Below, one piece after another: positions 61,662-64,000 of a stretch of 64,000 nucleotides of DNA. Source of the stretch: an uncultured Spirochaetota bacterium (GTDB lineage: Bacteria > Spirochaetota > Brevinematia > Brevinematales > JAOACQ01); contig CAWIGG010000002.1 in NCBI GenBank assembly GCA_963835575.1, forward strand, positions 1 through 64,000, written 5' to 3'. The translations under genes were made by a program, and so were the position numbers. The notes under the pieces are model-generated. The model did no database searches. It worked only from the letters and a program-made list of their open reading frames with translations, and was not told the DNA's origin. Position 1 is the first letter of the stretch. Each line of letters starts with the position of its first letter.

Positions 61662-62291
61662 TTATATCCCGTAAGCGAAAGAGATATAAAACCTCACGCC
61701 GAATGTGTAATTAGGGTCGGCGGTTATAATGCCGTAGATGGCCTTGATCCCGACCCGAGTATAGAGGTCGGAAGATATCTGCGCCGTTAATTCTGGTCCT
61801 AAAAAAACCGAAAAGAAATTGATTTCCTGATCGGACATCGGGACATAAGTGTTGACCGTTTTATCAATAATATAACCTGATATGAAATCATTATAGGAAA
61901 TCCCCAGGGCGACGGAAAATCCTTTGATATAAAACTTGAGGGCGCCGCTCATTTCGATATAATCCCTTTTACCCTGCCCGTAATAATTAACAGTTGTTCC
62001 GAGTATCTGCTGTGAATAATTTGTAACCGGTATAGAGGACTTCGCCATTTCAATTTCCAGGCCGAACCATGGCGCGATGACATTCTCAAAGAAAACACCG
62101 GTGGACCAGTCGCTCAGAAAATTATTGACAAAAAACTCTCCGCCGGCTTTGAAGCCGATCAGTTGTGTATAGGGATTGGCCGGGGAATCCTCCGCGTATG
62201 CCGAAAATAAAATTAAAAATAAAAAAACAGATATGATCCCTGTTCTTTTCATACAGCCTCCTCTCTCAATTGCCTGATAACAAGATACCAT
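61662..62291 (-). CDS. Exported beta-barrel-like hypothetical protein
   Basis: Signal peptide from MKRTG (about 62252); alternating beta pattern, aromatic C-terminus. Confidence 0.6.
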   Translation of the reverse strand: MVSCYQAIERGGCMKRTGIISVFLFLILFSAYAEDSPANPYTQLIGFKAGGEFFVNNFLSDWSTGVFFENVIAPWFGLEIEMAKSSIPVTNYSQQILGTTVNYYGQGKRDYIEMSGALKFYIKGFSVALGISYNDFISGYIIDKTVNTYVPMSDQEINFFSVFLGPELTAQISSDLYTRVGIKAIYGIITADPNYTFGVRFYISFAYGI

Positions 62292-62313
62292 TAGTATTCT
62301 CGGATTTCAATTT

Positions 62314-64000
62314 CTATAACTTAATGACTATCAATGTCATATCATCGAAAGGCTCAGCCGAATCTGAGAAATTTTCAACGGCCGAGATGATTTCATCCGC
62401 TATTTCGCGGCTTGTCTTCAATTCATACTGACGGATGAGCGCCTGGAGCTTTTCAACGCCGAATTCCTCCTCTTTTGAGTTAATGGTTTCGGTGATGCCG
62501 TCTGAGTAGAGCACAAATATTTTGCCTTTTTTGTAATGAAAGATCCTGGAAAGATATGACTCTTCCTGGAAAATCCCGACAGGTTTGGCGTTTGCCTTGA
62601 TGAACTCAAAGTCTCCGGAGGCTGTGTCATACACGATAATCGGATGATGTCCGGCATTGGTATAAAACAAAGTCCTCAGCGCGTTGTCAAAAAATCCGCA
62701 GAAGACGGTGGCAAAGCTCATGGTCTTCGTCAGGCGGCTGTAATTCTGGCTGGATGTCATAACCTCGTTTATCTTGGATACAATGGCATTGGTTGAAGTG
62801 GAAGAAAACTCCTGGCTTTTTGTGATGGTATGGATCACCATGGAAACCAGCGCCGCTGAAAATCCTTTTCCCGAAACATCCGCTATCAATACGCCCAGCG
62901 ATTCATTTGATACTTTCTCTATAAGAAAGTAGTCCCCGCTGACGCCTTTGGCCGGTTTCTGATAGGCATAAATATCAATATGGGAAAAAGTCGGAATTGT
63001 GCTCTGGAAAATGGACTCCTGGATATTGGAAGCGAGCAGCAGGTCCCTTTTTGTTAATTTCGCTTCTTCTTCTTTGTCGAATAAAATTATATTATGAAGA
63101 ATAATCTGCGAAATTTTTTTTAATTTTGTTATGAGAGCTAATTCCCGTGATATATAAGAGGTATTATCCAGCTTGCCGGATATGGGAAGCAGGGCGATCA
63201 ATTCGTTTTCATAAAAGAAAGGGACAAACAGGGCCGCCTCATGTTTTTTAAAATACCGCTCGGCGCTGTCTTTAATGCCGGAAAAGCGAGGGTCAAAATT
63301 AATCAATTCCCTGTCGTAAACATCAATCTTGCCGGAAATATGCCTGAAAAAAGGCTCTATGGCGGAAATGTTGTAATCCCTGCCGTTCGAGGAGTACAGG
63401 ACCTTGAAAATCTCTTTTCCGCCGTCGAAGATCAGGAAGTCGGCATTCCTGCAGTTAATATGGTCTGTCAGGGCCTCAACCGTATTTCTGGCCAGCTCGG
63501 ATATGGTGTAAGACTTGCCGATTTTATCAAGAAAGATTTCGGTCATATCCTTATTTAAATAATCAATCTGAAGGATCTTTCTGATGAGATTTCCTGCCAG
63601 CTGGTAAATCCAGAAAAAGAAAACGATGCCGGGGACCATAATGACAAAGAACAGAAGCATGGGGGTCCGGTCAAGCCAGCTCCTGAATATAAATATTAAA
63701 AAAATAATCGGCAGGGCCACAATTATGCCTATGATAAAATCCCGTATTAGAGAAACAAGGTTTCTTCTGAGATTTACAAAACGGTAGGTGATAACAGAGT
63801 ACATGAGCATGCCGCCCGCGGCTACAAAAGAAAGGGAACTGAGGAAATAACTGATAAACGGCAGTAATGAATCCCTGATCAAGAAAAGTAAAGTCTGGAC
63901 CAGGACTAAAAAAGCGAGGCCGCTCAGAAAATAGCGGATCTGCTTTTTCTGGTAAATTAAATGAGTATTGTGGTACTTGATCACAATGAGCAGGATGGAA
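62314..64000 (-). CDS. Membrane-anchored SpoIIE/RsbU-type PP2C phosphatase (5' end outside window)
   Basis: VSGDYF, IADVSGKG, NAGH, YSDGITE, DDMTL. Confidence 0.88.
   Translation of the reverse strand, partial: SILLIVIKYHNTHLIYQKKQIRYFLSGLAFLVLVQTLLFLIRDSLLPFISYFLSSLSFVAAGGMLMYSVITYRFVNLRRNLVSLIRDFIIGIIVALPIIFLIFIFRSWLDRTPMLLFFVIMVPGIVFFFWIYQLAGNLIRKILQIDYLNKDMTEIFLDKIGKSYTISELARNTVEALTDHINCRNADFLIFDGGKEIFKVLYSSNGRDYNISAIEPFFRHISGKIDVYDRELINFDPRFSGIKDSAERYFKKHEAALFVPFFYENELIALLPISGKLDNTSYISRELALITKLKKISQIILHNIILFDKEEEAKLTKRDLLLASNIQESIFQSTIPTFSHIDIYAYQKPAKGVSGDYFLIEKVSNESLGVLIADVSGKGFSAALVSMVIHTITKSQEFSSTSTNAIVSKINEVMTSSQNYSRLTKTMSFATVFCGFFDNALRTLFYTNAGHHPIIVYDTASGDFEFIKANAKPVGIFQEESYLSRIFHYKKGKIFVLYSDGITETINSKEEEFGVEKLQALIRQYELKTSREIADEIISAVENFSDSAEPFDDMTLIVIKL

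Overview
Positions 1-47.7 kb form an integron-like cassette array on the minus strand. A Xer/IntI-like tyrosine recombinase (46684-47745) that appears to lack the IntI-specific insertion reads toward an attI-like junction at about 46588. It is followed by at least 11 cassette units separated by unusually long (about 150-220 bp), multi-hairpin attC-like sites. Each intact cassette is bounded by its own 20-28 bp inverted repeat. Cargo includes a perR-bfr-katG operon, two PIN toxin-antitoxin-like pairs, a NucS-like nuclease, two type IIG-like R-M genes, a truncated ApeA-like gene and a KAP NTPase. It also includes a three-gene module made of a tri-core graspetide precursor, an ATP-grasp ligase and a 3-TM effector-like protein. 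The array is parasitised by IS1182 (two copies, both at the attC GTT), IS481, IS256 and IS21. A 14.9-kb integrative element sits inside one attC (14-bp direct repeat) and carries a third type IIG R-M gene, Sir2-HerA and a Panacea TA pair. Positions 48-64 kb are GC-richer housekeeping backbone: lepA, maf, trxB, rnfCDGE-x-A, tRNA-Thr, tRNA-Phe, rpmH-rnpA-yidD and a PP2C phosphatase. The host is probably a spirochaete (inference). Family assignments come from motif recognition by eye; no searches were run.
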